Part shown: positions 46,974-56,399 of the stretch, piece after piece
How positions within the stretch are numbered: position 1 is the stretch's first letter
Layout: every line of letters begins with the position of its first letter
DNA from: a virus
Virus genome (UHGV): UHGV-0332176
Length of the DNA: 64,000 bases
Direction: 5' to 3' (one strand)
The notes under the pieces: model-generated
Database searches by the model: none
What the model was told of the DNA's origin: nothing
What the model saw: the letters and a program-made list of their open reading frames with translations, nothing else
Position numbers and translations under genes: made by a program

Positions 46974-47713
46974 ATCAATTTGAATTATTAAATGATAATT
47001 GTTTACCAATATTAGATAAATTTATATCTGAAAATCGTAAGGTGGATTGTATTATTACTTCTCCACCTTATAATATGAATCTTAGAGTTATGAAAGGGAA
47101 ATATGTTTCTCGCTGTAATAATAAAAATCATAAAATAGAATTTTCAACAAAATATGAAAATTATAATGATGACCTTTCTATGGAATATTATTTTAATTTT
47201 CAAAAAGAATTTATTGAAAAAGCATTAAAAGTTTCCGATTTAATGTTTTATAATATACAAATGCTAACAGGTAATAAAATAGCTTTATTTAAATTAATGG
47301 GTTATTTTGCAGATAAAATTAAAGAAATTATTATTTGGGATAAAGGTTATGGTCAGCCTGCTATGCAAGTTGGTATGTTAAACAGCCAATTTGAATTTAT
47401 TATTGTATTTGATAATAATAAACCATACAATAGAGCATTTGATTGTGCTAATTTTGCCAGAGGAACTGAAACAAATATTTGGGAAATTAAGCGTGAGAGA
47501 AATAAATTCATTAAAGCTGGGTTTCCAACAGCATTAATTGAAAAAATTTTAGTAAATTTTACAAATGAAAATGATATTATTCTTGACCCTTTTATGGGAA
47601 GTGGAACTTGTGGTATTGTTTGTAAAGAAATGAATAGGAATTTTATTGGAATTGAATTAGATAAAAATATGTTTAAAATTGCAAAAGAGAGAATTGAAAA
47701 TATAAATAAATGA
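46970..47713 (+). CDS. DNA methyltransferase, beta-class amino-MTase (N6-adenine or N4-cytosine)
   Basis: SPPY (motif IV) comes before the C-terminal LDPFMGSGT (motif I). Confidence 0.75.
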   Translation: MNQFELLNDNCLPILDKFISENRKVDCIITSPPYNMNLRVMKGKYVSRCNNKNHKIEFSTKYENYNDDLSMEYYFNFQKEFIEKALKVSDLMFYNIQMLTGNKIALFKLMGYFADKIKEIIIWDKGYGQPAMQVGMLNSQFEFIIVFDNNKPYNRAFDCANFARGTETNIWEIKRERNKFIKAGFPTALIEKILVNFTNENDIILDPFMGSGTCGIVCKEMNRNFIGIELDKNMFKIAKERIENINK

Positions 47714-47729
47714 AATAATAGGATTTAAT

Positions 47730-48359
47730 ATGAAAGTATCAACTTTTTATATGGCAGATATTTCTGAATATGATAATTTTATTGAAAAATTATATAATGA
47801 TATTCAGAAAAAATTTGTTGGAAAAGGTATAAATTCTATTTTAATTAGTCGTTTTATTTCTTATTTAAGAAAAGAATTTTCAATTTATGCATCTTTTAAA
47901 TTAAATAAAAAAACAAATATTATAATTATAATTCCTCGCATATCTACAAATCTTATTGAAAAAACAATTCATAATAATATTGAACAAATTAAAATTCGTG
48001 TTGAATATAATAAATTAAAAGAAATTTTAAGTGGTCAATGTGAAAATTTAGAAGATTATATTAATGAATTAGTTGAACAATTTAAAGAATATGTTATTGA
48101 TAAACCATCATTAAATTTTTCAAAATATCTTTATTTACAAATTGATAATTTAGTTGATATTTGTTATAATGAATTAATTAGTATATATCAATCAAAAATA
48201 ATTTATGAAAATTTAATGAAAAATAAAGGATGGATAATTTTATCCAGAAAGTCATCAATTTTTAATGATTATTATAATTTATTTCAGCAAAATAAAATTG
48301 AAAATAAAAATATTTTTCATAATTTTTTGTATAAATTAGCATTAAAATTAAAGGATTAA
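47730..48359 (+). CDS. Hypothetical protein (209 aa) inside methyltransferase island
   Basis: ORF with no motifs recognised. Confidence 0.45.
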   Translation: MKVSTFYMADISEYDNFIEKLYNDIQKKFVGKGINSILISRFISYLRKEFSIYASFKLNKKTNIIIIIPRISTNLIEKTIHNNIEQIKIRVEYNKLKEILSGQCENLEDYINELVEQFKEYVIDKPSLNFSKYLYLQIDNLVDICYNELISIYQSKIIYENLMKNKGWIILSRKSSIFNDYYNLFQQNKIENKNIFHNFLYKLALKLKD

Positions 48360-48361
48360 TA

Positions 48362-49255
48362 ATGAAAGTGTTGTCATTATTTGACGGCATTGGAACAGGA
48401 AGATTATCATTAGAACGAGCAGGAATAAATGTTGACAAATATTATGCTTCAGAAATTGATAAAAATGCTATAACAATTGCTAAAACAAATTATTCTGATA
48501 TTATTGAATTAGGTTCTGTATTAAATTGGAGAAATTGGGATATTGAATGGAATACCATAGATTTATTAATAGGTGGTTCTCCGTGTACGTCATTTTCTTC
48601 AGCAGGTAAACAACAAGGATTTAATGGAGAATCTAAATTATTTTTTGAATATAGAGATATTTTAAATTATTTAAAATCTATTAATCCTAATATTAAATTT
48701 CTTTTAGAAAATGTTATAATGAAAAAAGAATGGGAAGAAGTCATAACTAACGAAGTTGGTGTGAAACCTATTTTAATTGATAGTTCTTTATTATCTGCTC
48801 AACAAAGAAAAAGAAATTATTGGTTTAATTGGAAAATAGAATATCCTGAAGATAAACATATTGAGTTAAAAGATATTTTAGATAATAAAGACTTTTGTTA
48901 TAAAGCAACAATAGTGGGAAGAAGAATTAATAATAATGGACACAGAGAAGATTATAATAAAGAAATTCCTATCGTTCAATGTTTAGAAGTACGTAAAGCA
49001 AATAGTAATAAAAGTAATTGTTTAACAACTGTTGAAAAAGATAACGTTTTAAGTAATTTATCTTATGGAAGATATGTTGATGCTTTTGGAAAATATAGAA
49101 AAAATTGGACTTATTACTCTTTAAAAGAATATTGTAGATTACAAACTTTACCTGAAAATTATTGTGATTCTGTTCCTGAACATTTGGCTAAAAAAGCCAT
49201 TGGTAATGGTTGGACAGCAGATGTAATAACGCATATATTTAAAGGATTACAATGA
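48362..49255 (+). CDS. DNA (cytosine-5)-methyltransferase
   Basis: Has LFDGIGTG (motif I), GGSPCTSFSSAGK (motif IV), LLENV (motif VI) and a C-terminal AIGNGW. Confidence 0.8.
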   Translation: MKVLSLFDGIGTGRLSLERAGINVDKYYASEIDKNAITIAKTNYSDIIELGSVLNWRNWDIEWNTIDLLIGGSPCTSFSSAGKQQGFNGESKLFFEYRDILNYLKSINPNIKFLLENVIMKKEWEEVITNEVGVKPILIDSSLLSAQQRKRNYWFNWKIEYPEDKHIELKDILDNKDFCYKATIVGRRINNNGHREDYNKEIPIVQCLEVRKANSNKSNCLTTVEKDNVLSNLSYGRYVDAFGKYRKNWTYYSLKEYCRLQTLPENYCDSVPEHLAKKAIGNGWTADVITHIFKGLQ

Positions 49256-49346
49256 CATTTATTTTAAGTTTATTACTTGTTTGCTCATTTATGATGTTTT
49301 GTATATATAAAACAATAAATGATGATGATAAATGGGGATTTTGATA

Positions 49347-50150
49347 ATGGTGAAAATTATTAATGATAAGTATTATACTCCTAAAGATTTGGCAAAAAGA
49401 TTAATAGATACAACTATTAAAGTATTAGTTTATAATGGAGTGAATGATATTGAAGATATTATTGAACCATCAGCAGGAAATGGTGCATTTAGTTCACAAA
49501 TAAAATGTACAGCATATGACATTGAACCAGAATTTAAAGATATTATTAAAGCTGATTTTTTAAAAGAAAATATTGAATATAAAAAGAATAGATTATGTAT
49601 TGGAAATCCGCCTTTTGGAAATTCAAATTCATTATCTGTAAAATTTTATAAAAAATGTTGTGAAATTGGTGATTATATTGCTTTTATTCAACCTATATCG
49701 CAGTTAAATAATAATTTACAAATGTATGAATTTGATTTAATATATTCAGAAGATTTAGGGATAATTCAATATTCAGATAGAAAATTACATTGTTGTTTTA
49801 ATATATATAAACGTCCTAAAAATGGAATTTTAAATGAAAAACCTGATTATACATTAAAAGATATTACTATTAAAGAATATCGCCGTAATGGTTCATATAA
49901 AAAACCTGAAGGATATGATTATGCAATATGTAATTGGGGTAATGGTTCATTGGGAAAAGTTCCTGAATATGTTGGACAATATGCACAAGAAGCATATTTT
50001 TATTGTCATAAATCAGAATTTACAGAACAAATGAAACAATTATTAGAATTTAATACTATTAGGGAATATGTTAATTCTATTTCGGCTAAAAGAATTTCAG
50101 TAATGAGATTGTATAAGTATTTAAAAGATAATATTAAAGGTATAGAATGA
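49347..50150 (+). CDS. N6-adenine DNA methyltransferase (gamma-class, TaqI-like)
   Basis: IEPSAGNGAF (motif I) precedes IGNPPFG (motif IV). The start was moved to the ATG at 49347. Confidence 0.6.
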   Translation: MVKIINDKYYTPKDLAKRLIDTTIKVLVYNGVNDIEDIIEPSAGNGAFSSQIKCTAYDIEPEFKDIIKADFLKENIEYKKNRLCIGNPPFGNSNSLSVKFYKKCCEIGDYIAFIQPISQLNNNLQMYEFDLIYSEDLGIIQYSDRKLHCCFNIYKRPKNGILNEKPDYTLKDITIKEYRRNGSYKKPEGYDYAICNWGNGSLGKVPEYVGQYAQEAYFYCHKSEFTEQMKQLLEFNTIREYVNSISAKRISVMRLYKYLKDNIKGIE

Positions 50151-51007
50151 GTGATTATATAAAATGTCCATTAAGATATACTGGTAACAAATATAAATTG
50201 TTATCACAAATTTTACCACTATTTCCAAAAAATATTAATACTTTTGTTGATTTATTTGCTGGAAGTTATACTGTTGGAATAAATGTTAATGCAAATAATT
50301 ATGTTTGTAATGATATGATAACATATCTTATAGAGTTTTTTGATTTCTTAAAAAATAATGATTTAAACAAAATTTTAGAAACAATAGATAATATTATTGG
50401 AACGTATCAATTATCTAAAACTAATTTAGAAGGTTACAATGCGTTAAGAGAAGTTTATAATCAGACAAAATATCCATTAATTTTGTTTATATTAACTTGT
50501 TTTTCATTTAATCATCAAATAAGATTTAATAATAATCATCAATTTAATTCTTCGTTTGGAAAATATAAAAGTTGTTATAATGATTCAATTAAAAATGATT
50601 TAATAAAATTTACAAAAATTTTAAAAAATCAAAATATTCAATTTTTTAATGGAGATTATAAGGATTGTTTAAATAAACTAGAATTAAATGAAAATGATTT
50701 TGTTTATTTAGACCCACCATATTTAATTTCAACTGCTGCCTATAATGATGGAAACAGAGGATTTAAAATGTGGACGGAAAATGATGAAAAAGAATTGTTG
50801 AATTATTTAGATGAATTAAATAATAAAAATGTTAAATGGGCATTATCAAATGTTTTAGAAAATAATGGCTCTAAAAATGATATTTTATTTGATTGGAGTC
50901 AAAAATATATAGTTCATCATTTAAATTATACATATAATAATTGTAATTATCATAGAAAGAATAAAGGTTCTAATGATAGTGATGAGGTGCTAATTACAAA
51001 TTATTAA
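50147..51007 (+). CDS. dam: Dam-type N6-adenine DNA methyltransferase
   Basis: Has YTGNKYKLL, DLFAGS and YLDPPY. Confidence 0.8.
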   Translation: MSDYIKCPLRYTGNKYKLLSQILPLFPKNINTFVDLFAGSYTVGINVNANNYVCNDMITYLIEFFDFLKNNDLNKILETIDNIIGTYQLSKTNLEGYNALREVYNQTKYPLILFILTCFSFNHQIRFNNNHQFNSSFGKYKSCYNDSIKNDLIKFTKILKNQNIQFFNGDYKDCLNKLELNENDFVYLDPPYLISTAAYNDGNRGFKMWTENDEKELLNYLDELNNKNVKWALSNVLENNGSKNDILFDWSQKYIVHHLNYTYNNCNYHRKNKGSNDSDEVLITNY

Positions 51008-51018
51008 GGATATATTAT

Positions 51019-51606
51019 ATGAAAATATTAAATTTATATGCAGGTATTGGTGGTAATAGAGCATTATGGGAAAATTGTGAAGTTACGGCTGTTGAATTAG
51101 ATGAAAAAATTGCAGATGTTTATAAACATTTATATCCAAATGATAATGTTATTGTTGGAGATGCTTTGAAATATTTAGAAAGTAATTATAACAATTTTGA
51201 TTTTATATGGGCATCACCACCTTGTCAAAGTCACGGGCAATATAGACATAATGTAGGTGTTTTAGGTAAAGGTTTTGCACCAATATTACCAGATATGAGC
51301 TTATATTCAATTATTATTTTTTTAAAGACCTATTATAAGGGAAATTGGTGTGTTGAAAATGTTATTCCATATTATAAGCCACTAATTGAACCAACAGCAA
51401 TTTTACAAAGACATTTATTTTGGAGTAATAAACCGATTGCTAATAAAAAATTTGAAAAAGATGCTATTAGAACAAAAAATAAAATCAGCGATTTTGACAA
51501 TTATGAAGTGGTTGTTAATAGCAAAATTAGTAATAAAAGGCAAGTTTTACGAAATTGTGTTAAACCTGAAATAGGTTTATATATATTGTCTGAAATATTA
51601 AAATAA
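51019..51606 (+). CDS. Short C5-cytosine methyltransferase-like protein (195 aa; motifs I, IV, VI present, no room for a normal TRD)
   Basis: Has LYAGIGG, ASPPCQSHG and WCVENV. Confidence 0.5.
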   Translation: MKILNLYAGIGGNRALWENCEVTAVELDEKIADVYKHLYPNDNVIVGDALKYLESNYNNFDFIWASPPCQSHGQYRHNVGVLGKGFAPILPDMSLYSIIIFLKTYYKGNWCVENVIPYYKPLIEPTAILQRHLFWSNKPIANKKFEKDAIRTKNKISDFDNYEVVVNSKISNKRQVLRNCVKPEIGLYILSEILK

Positions 51607-51612
51607 AAAACC

Positions 51613-51640
51613 TTGACAAATTAATATATTTAATTTATAT
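51613..51640 (+). promoter_or_regulatory. CTTGACAAAT early-promoter motif
   Basis: CCTTGACAAATT is followed by an AT-rich -10 region. Confidence 0.3.
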
Positions 51641-51670
51641 TAAAATAGAAATCTTAAAAAGAGGTTATAA

Positions 51671-51910
51671 ATGAATAATGATTTATTAAAATTTATTCAA
51701 AAAAATAATATTATTCCAATGAAGTATTATTTTTTTGAAAATGATAAGTTAAAGGTTAAATATACTTTAATGAATGGTTCATATGATTCCGAGCTTATTA
51801 CAGAAAAAGCAAAAAAAGAGTTAAATATGGATTTTGAAAAATTAGCATATGAATCATATTGCTTGATGAATATTAAGTATTCACAAGAAAATGAATTTTT
51901 TATTGATTAG
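51671..51910 (+). CDS. Hypothetical small protein (79 aa)
   Basis: ORF with an AGAGG RBS. Confidence 0.4.
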   Translation: MNNDLLKFIQKNNIIPMKYYFFENDKLKVKYTLMNGSYDSELITEKAKKELNMDFEKLAYESYCLMNIKYSQENEFFID

Positions 51911-51923
51911 GAGAAAATAAAAT

Positions 51924-52598
51924 ATGAAAAAAAATAAAAATATGAATACGAATGTGAATGATATGTTTGAAGTATTAGCAACATTAATTCCTGATTTAGT
52001 TGATACTATTATGGATGATACAAACGAAGATATTAATAAAGAAAATAAGAATAGAAAATGTAATTATAAATGTCATTGTTCTTGTTGTGATGATGATATT
52101 TCATTACAGGATTTACTTGGTGATTTACCATCATTAGATGAATTACTTGATGATAGTAATGATGAGGATATTGTTGCAAAAATTTCTCCTGAAACTAATC
52201 AGCGAATTAAAGAAAATGAAACTAAAATTAAAAATAAAACTAAAAAATTTTTAGTTGATTCTCCTGTTAAAGTAACTCAACAAGAAAATAGAAATTTATC
52301 TGAAAATAAAATTCTTATTACAGCTAATGATTTAAGAAATAAACAAGAAAAGTCTGCTAGATTATTTAAAATTAAAAATGCAGTTATTTCTATTGTAAAT
52401 GATAAACTTATGGCAAATTCTAATGATGCTGAAAAAACAGAAATATCAATAGTTTTTAATAATATTGTTTTTCCTGTTTTAAAGAATTTAAGTATTGATG
52501 AAATTAAAGATATTGTAGAATATGTAAGAATTGAATTGTTAAAAAATGGATTTGTTGTAGAATATACGACATCTTTATGTCTTACAATTAAATGGTAA
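51924..52598 (+). CDS. Hypothetical acidic protein with Cys cluster CNYKCHCSCCDDD
   Basis: ORF with a GGAGAAAA RBS. Confidence 0.45.
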   Translation: MKKNKNMNTNVNDMFEVLATLIPDLVDTIMDDTNEDINKENKNRKCNYKCHCSCCDDDISLQDLLGDLPSLDELLDDSNDEDIVAKISPETNQRIKENETKIKNKTKKFLVDSPVKVTQQENRNLSENKILITANDLRNKQEKSARLFKIKNAVISIVNDKLMANSNDAEKTEISIVFNNIVFPVLKNLSIDEIKDIVEYVRIELLKNGFVVEYTTSLCLTIKW

Positions 52599-52654
52599 TT
52601 ATAGGAGTTTTATACTCCTATAATTTAATATAAAAATAATTTTGGAGAAACTTA

Positions 52655-53428
52655 ATGGATGATAAAAATTTTATGGTAGAATCAGATACACAACCAATAG
52701 ATAAACCAGTTATTATAACGGCTATTGAAAAAGAAGATGTCCAAACCTTTTTATATAATTATTTTTTTGTTAATGATATTCCAGAAGGAATTTCATATGA
52801 TATTAGTAAAGATTCATTAATTAATGAATTATATATTGATAGAGATAAAATTGTTAGATGCTATCGGAATAATAAAACTTTTAATATTGAAAATCATTAT
52901 GAAAAAACAAAATTTGGAGAAATTGTTTCATATATAACTAAAAATAATTTAATTATTGGAAATATTAAATGCGAATGCCATCAAATTTTTGATTTGGTAG
53001 ATTTTATTTCGTCTTTACCTCAATATAGTTTAGCTTATGAAATTAATAAGTTTAATATAACTCCTAAATATAAAATTGGTGATTCAATAAGTTATATAGA
53101 AATGCCTTTTGATTCTTATTTAAATACAAAAGGAAGAATTATGTTTGAAACATTAACGGGTTTAAGTTATGAGGATAAAGAAAAATATATTAAAAATTTC
53201 ATTAAATCCAATGCCTTGGAACAAAATTCTATAATTACAGGAGTTAAATTATTTGTGGATAAAATCTGTGATTTTTCAACAAAATATGTTTTTGCATATT
53301 ATGTTGATAGAAATTGTAATTTTGTTTATGAAGAATATATTTGGTTAAATGATGATGAAATTGGTCATAAAAAAGCATTAGAAAAATGTATTGATAAAAT
53401 ATTTAATAATTTTTCAAATAATTCTTGA
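52655..53428 (+). CDS. Hypothetical protein (257 aa)
   Basis: ORF with a GGAGAAA RBS. Confidence 0.5.
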   Translation: MDDKNFMVESDTQPIDKPVIITAIEKEDVQTFLYNYFFVNDIPEGISYDISKDSLINELYIDRDKIVRCYRNNKTFNIENHYEKTKFGEIVSYITKNNLIIGNIKCECHQIFDLVDFISSLPQYSLAYEINKFNITPKYKIGDSISYIEMPFDSYLNTKGRIMFETLTGLSYEDKEKYIKNFIKSNALEQNSIITGVKLFVDKICDFSTKYVFAYYVDRNCNFVYEEYIWLNDDEIGHKKALEKCIDKIFNNFSNNS

Positions 53429-53481
53429 CAAATTTAAAAAGTGCTTTATATTAAAAACGTATAAAGCACTTTAATTTTTTT
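53425..53481 (+). terminator. Terminator hairpin overlapping TTGACA promoter element
   Basis: TTGACA is at 53425-53430. The hairpin is AAAGTGCTTTATA-9 nt-TATAAAGCACTTT, followed by AATTTTTTT. Confidence 0.55.
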
Positions 53482-53495
53482 AGAAAGGGATATTG

Positions 53496-54173
53496 ATGCT
53501 TGAAATTGCTCAATTGATTACCAAGGAAAAAGGGCGTGAATTAATTAAATCAATGCCATTATGGAAAATGGAATATTTGTCAAGAATTTCTATTAATTCA
53601 TTAAAAATGATAGATGAAATTCATAATCATTATGTTACAATTATGAATAATAGTATGAAAATCAATGTTTCCACACATACCGCATTATTGTCGTTATTTA
53701 ATGATATGTGTCCTTGTTGTGGTAAAGTTTTTACTCATTATGCTTTAATTAATTCATATAAATGTATAGATAAAAATGGTAAAAAAGTTTATCAATTAAT
53801 ACCGTGTAATCCAGATACTAATGGAGATTTTGTTTTTTACAATAAAGACCATATAATTCCTCAATCGTGTAATGGAGTTAATAAAATGATAAATTTACAA
53901 TTTATGTGTAAAAATTGTAATTCTAAAAAAAGTGCAATTATAACAGATGAAGAATTAAAATATGGTTATTATAGAAAAGGTATTTTTCATAATATTAAAA
54001 ATAATGATATTTTAAATATTAATGATATGAAAATTAAAATTTCTTCTGTTGAACAAGTTAAAGGTGGTTTATTTTATTTAATGAGTGATAATGTTAATAC
54101 TTATTTTGATTGTAATGGAAAAAGTATTGATGGTAGATTTAAAATTAAAGGAGTAAATTATGGAGAATATTAA
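53496..54173 (+). CDS. HNH endonuclease (possible homing endonuclease)
   Basis: Has CPCCGK...DHIIPQSCNGVN...NLQFMCKNCNSKK (HNH with Zn-binding Cys pairs). The tool start is TTG; the ATG is at 53496. Confidence 0.65.
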   Translation: MLEIAQLITKEKGRELIKSMPLWKMEYLSRISINSLKMIDEIHNHYVTIMNNSMKINVSTHTALLSLFNDMCPCCGKVFTHYALINSYKCIDKNGKKVYQLIPCNPDTNGDFVFYNKDHIIPQSCNGVNKMINLQFMCKNCNSKKSAIITDEELKYGYYRKGIFHNIKNNDILNINDMKIKISSVEQVKGGLFYLMSDNVNTYFDCNGKSIDGRFKIKGVNYGEY

Positions 54174-54450
54174 AATTAAATTTAAAAATTCAGGAATTAT
54201 TTTAATTGCTCCAACATATATTGATGATAATGGTATAAAGCGTTTTAAAGAAAGTTTTAAACCATACCCTTGGATTGATAAAGATAGAAATGAACAACGA
54301 CTAAGATGGTTACAAAATGAAATTTCCGATGAAGAATTAGTAATATTTGATATAGTATCAGGTGTTTCAGTAGAATTTTTAGAAGAATGTTTTTCGTGGG
54401 AAGGTAATTTAGATATAATTGAAATTATTGAAGATAATAAAGGAGAATAA
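54160..54450 (+). CDS. Hypothetical small protein (96 aa)
   Basis: ORF that overlaps the HNH gene end. Confidence 0.4.
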   Translation: MENIKIKFKNSGIILIAPTYIDDNGIKRFKESFKPYPWIDKDRNEQRLRWLQNEISDEELVIFDIVSGVSVEFLEECFSWEGNLDIIEIIEDNKGE

Positions 54451-54452
54451 AA

Positions 54453-55688
54453 ATGGCTAATTTTGAATGTAAAGTGGTTAAAATTGAAAAGAAGGCAAAT
54501 CATCCAAATGCTGATAGATTAACAATTTATAATATCGGCGGATATAATTGTATTTCTAATAAATTACCAGATGGTTCTGACCGTTATAATGTTGGTGATT
54601 TAGTCGTTTATATTCCTGAAAACGCTTTACTTCCTGAATGGTTGTTGAAGAAAATGGATTTTTGGAATGAAGAAAAGAACTGTGGAATGCTTGCAGGCAA
54701 AGAAGGGAATAGAGTAAAACCTTTGAAACTTCGTGGTATTTTTTCAGAAGGTATTTTGTATCCTGTTAAAGAATTGGAAATGGGAAATGATGCAGAAGAT
54801 AATTATTATCATACTATAAACATTATTGAAGGTGAACCTTATGGTACTGGTGATGAATATGTTGAGGAAAATTCTTATATGCCATATTTAGAAGTATATA
54901 AGGATGACAATGTTGCTGAATTTCTTGGTATTACAAAATATGAACCTCCTATTCCTGCAAAAATGGGTGGAGAAATTTTTAATGGTGGAACTGAAATTGT
55001 TGTTCCTTATGATGTTGAACCAATCCAAAAGTTTATGGATGCTTTTATTGAAGGTGAAATGTTTGAAGCAACTGAAAAAATTCACGGAACTCAAACTCGT
55101 TTTATTTTTACTAAAGGTGTTGTAAATGATGAAACTTTTGGTGAGAATAAGGATATTTATATTGCTTCAAAAGGACAGGGTGATAAAGGATTATTTTTTA
55201 AGAATAATTTGTCTAATGCTAATTCATATTATGTCCGTGCATTTAAGTTAAATGATATTGAAAATAAGGTTGTTAATTCTGAACTTTATAAAAATTCTGA
55301 TATGTTAACTTTATTTGGTGAAACTTATGGTATGCAGGATTTAAAATATGGTTTGGAAAATGGACATATTGGGTATCGTTTATTTGATGTTTATGTTGGA
55401 AAACCTCGTTATGGTAGATTTTTAAATTATGAAGAATGCAAAGCATTTGCTTCAGAACTTGGAATTGAACGTGTACCATCTTTATATGTTGGAGAATATT
55501 CATATGAAAAAGTTAAAGAATTAACTGATGGTAAAACAACTCTTGGTAAAAATAAAAACCAAATTCGTGAAGGTGTAGTTATTCGTCCATTAAATGAACG
55601 TTATATAAGTGAGCTTGGTAGAGTATTTTTAAAATCTGTTTCAGAAGCATATAAACTTCGTAAAGGCGAAACAACAGAATATAATTAA
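54453..55688 (+). CDS. RNA ligase, Rnl2-family nucleotidyltransferase with N-terminal OB-fold/tRNA-binding-like extension
   Basis: The KIHGTQ lysine-adenylation motif matches T4 Rnl2 KIHGTN. The N-terminal ~100 aa (KKANHPNADRL...) resemble Trbp111/EMAP-type tRNA-binding OB domains. Confidence 0.55.
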   Translation: MANFECKVVKIEKKANHPNADRLTIYNIGGYNCISNKLPDGSDRYNVGDLVVYIPENALLPEWLLKKMDFWNEEKNCGMLAGKEGNRVKPLKLRGIFSEGILYPVKELEMGNDAEDNYYHTINIIEGEPYGTGDEYVEENSYMPYLEVYKDDNVAEFLGITKYEPPIPAKMGGEIFNGGTEIVVPYDVEPIQKFMDAFIEGEMFEATEKIHGTQTRFIFTKGVVNDETFGENKDIYIASKGQGDKGLFFKNNLSNANSYYVRAFKLNDIENKVVNSELYKNSDMLTLFGETYGMQDLKYGLENGHIGYRLFDVYVGKPRYGRFLNYEECKAFASELGIERVPSLYVGEYSYEKVKELTDGKTTLGKNKNQIREGVVIRPLNERYISELGRVFLKSVSEAYKLRKGETTEYN

Positions 55689-55697
55689 GGTGTAAAA

Positions 55698-56369
55698 ATG
55701 TTATTACCATTAAAAAAAGAATATGTTCCAAATTTTGATGAGTGGATTAAATTCAGTCCAACTTTTGAAGATATTAAAGAAATTGAAGAAATTATAAATG
55801 CCGAGCAACCCCAAAAAGAAAAAATTTGGGGTTGTCAGGATATTGAATTTTGTGGAATGCATTTTATATTGATTAGTCAAACAATTAATGATAATAATAT
55901 ATTATATACTTATATGGATGAAAGTAATCATTTAATTTTAAATGCTACGCAAAATGATTTAATATCAGTAGAAGAAAAAGATGTATTTTGTAATAGTTAT
56001 ACAACTTATTCGCAAAATATATATAAAAATGATTTATATTATAGAGGTAAAAAAGTATTTGAAGAACATCCAAATAAATGGAAACATAAAAATGCTTTAA
56101 CCGAGAATGAAGAAAATTTAATAAAATTAGTTGATTCATTGCTTGATGAAGACTTTATAGTTATTTTTGAAAAAATATCAGAATATAGAATTAAAATATA
56201 TCAATCTGGAATCATTGAAGATATTAAATTTCCTTTTAAAAAAGTATCTAAATTTAAAGATAATAAGAGAAATCAATTTTTCAAGAAAATTAAAGATAAT
56301 TATAATATGTTTCCATATTTTAAAAAATATTGTGATAAAGTATTTTTTTATCTTGACAATGAAAATTAA
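55698..56369 (+). CDS. Hypothetical protein (223 aa)
   Basis: ORF with no motifs recognised. Confidence 0.45.
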   Translation: MLLPLKKEYVPNFDEWIKFSPTFEDIKEIEEIINAEQPQKEKIWGCQDIEFCGMHFILISQTINDNNILYTYMDESNHLILNATQNDLISVEEKDVFCNSYTTYSQNIYKNDLYYRGKKVFEEHPNKWKHKNALTENEENLIKLVDSLLDEDFIVIFEKISEYRIKIYQSGIIEDIKFPFKKVSKFKDNKRNQFFKKIKDNYNMFPYFKKYCDKVFFYLDNEN

Positions 56370-56399
56370 TAATTTATAATAAAAACGGAATATTAATTT

